This document shows, in pieces, positions 63,201-64,000 of a stretch of DNA of 64,000 nucleotides. The stretch's first letter is position 1. Every line of letters starts with the position of its first letter. Made by a program: the position numbers and the translations under genes. The notes under the pieces are model-generated. The model searched no databases, had not been told where the DNA came from, and saw only the letters and a program-made list of their open reading frames with translations. This DNA comes from Chromera velia (lineage: Eukaryota): NCBI GenBank assembly GCA_018398765.1, contig JAHBMJ010000421.1, positions 1 to 64,000 of the forward strand, written 5' to 3'.

Positions 63201-64000
63201 AGTGAATACGACTTCTCCCTCTCTTCCGCTTTGCTCTTCTGGCTCTTCTTGGATGTCCGAAGTTCAGATGGATATTTTGGAAGTCAGACAGTGGGACGAT
63301 GAGTTGGAGGAGAAGGCTAGGGGAGAAGGTGCGTGCGTTTGGAATTCACTATATTCTTATGATGGTTGACAGACACACACACGTGACACTTGCTCATGCG
63401 CTGAAAAAGAAATCAGATGCTCTTTTTCCTGTTGTTGAGTTGATTCAGACTTATGCAGTGCCCGCTGTCCTTCGTGCAGACAATGCAGGTGAATTGTCTG
63501 CAGGGAAAGTTGCTGCCTTGTTGGCAGAAAAAGGATGTCGTGTTCTGCCGGGTGTTCCGTGTACTTCTCTCTTTCAGGGAATTGTCGAGCGATTCAATCG
63601 AACTGCGCGTGCTTTGGTACGCCATCTTGTGCACACCTTCCGTTTTCCTCTTGCTTGGTTTCCTGCGCTCTTTCGTGCTGCTGAGTGGTCGTATAATCAC
63701 ACGTCTGATGAGCAAGGGAAGTCTCCTCTTATGCGTGCCTTCGGTCACACACCTGATGTTCGTTACATGCCAGGTGAGTCTCTTGTGTTTGTTCCACAGG
63801 ATGTGCAAAAGACTCTGCGTCCCCCCGGAAAGATTGGTTTCTTCCTTTTTACCGCTTCTTCGCATGAGTGGCAGCTGGTAGAATGGAACTCTGCCAAACG
63901 GCAGTGGGACAGGGTGGTGAGACATCTTCCTGATCCAAGAGGGCCTGCGTGCACTCGCCCAACGCCGGGGGTTCTTCTGAGGTCTGGACTGGTGGAGTTT
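60206..64000 (+). mobile_element. Degenerate Ty1/Copia LTR retrotransposon (gag - protease - integrase; continues beyond the window)
   Basis: Gag-like ORF 60719-61258 ('VEDWLQDVRFW'). Protease-like 'LRIDLDSQCFF...TLRDAHGN' at about 62470-62780. Pre-integrase 'HIRFGH' at about 63065. Integrase core 'EVQMDIL...YILMMVDRHT...LRADNAGEL...QGIVERFNRT...WSYNHT' at about 63260-63750. Integrase follows protease, which is the Copia order. Stops and frameshifts present; the LTR start (TG at 60206) is tentative. Confidence 0.85.

Noticed and set aside
63413..63925. 170-aa minus-strand and 142-aa plus-strand ORFs
   Set aside because: Shadow frames of the Copia integrase, which lies in another plus-strand frame.

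Overview
This is eukaryotic nuclear DNA from an intron-rich photosynthetic alveolate, most likely a chromerid such as Chromera velia. That assignment is inferred from an LHC gene with a bipartite presequence, TGCATG-rich non-coding DNA and microsatellite-filled introns. Recognisable genes: a GT34-like glycosyltransferase, an acyl-CoA-binding-domain protein, a multi-exon bacterial-type topoisomerase IA (probably plastid-targeted), an LRR protein, a light-harvesting complex protein, a threonine synthase with an apparent C-terminal membrane anchor, and a putative mitochondrial protein. Transposon relics lie between the genes: a hAT end, two copies of a MITE with 8-bp TSDs, a 3.3-kb TIR element with a nested insertion, a Tc1/mariner-like element and a Copia retrotransposon at the right edge. 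Two items stand out. (i) An intronless ~947-aa ORF (36440-39283, minus) has an organelle-like presequence and four tandem PD-(D/E)XK domains resembling the I-Ssp6803I homing-endonuclease family in an A-B-A-B arrangement. (ii) A disrupted gene at 17837-21001 reconstructs to a Sel1/TPR-like-RING-CUE-like-DUF1771-like-Smr protein. Most of its frameshifts are short, often 8-bp, direct duplications that look like transposon footprints. All calls come from visual motif recognition; no database searches were run.
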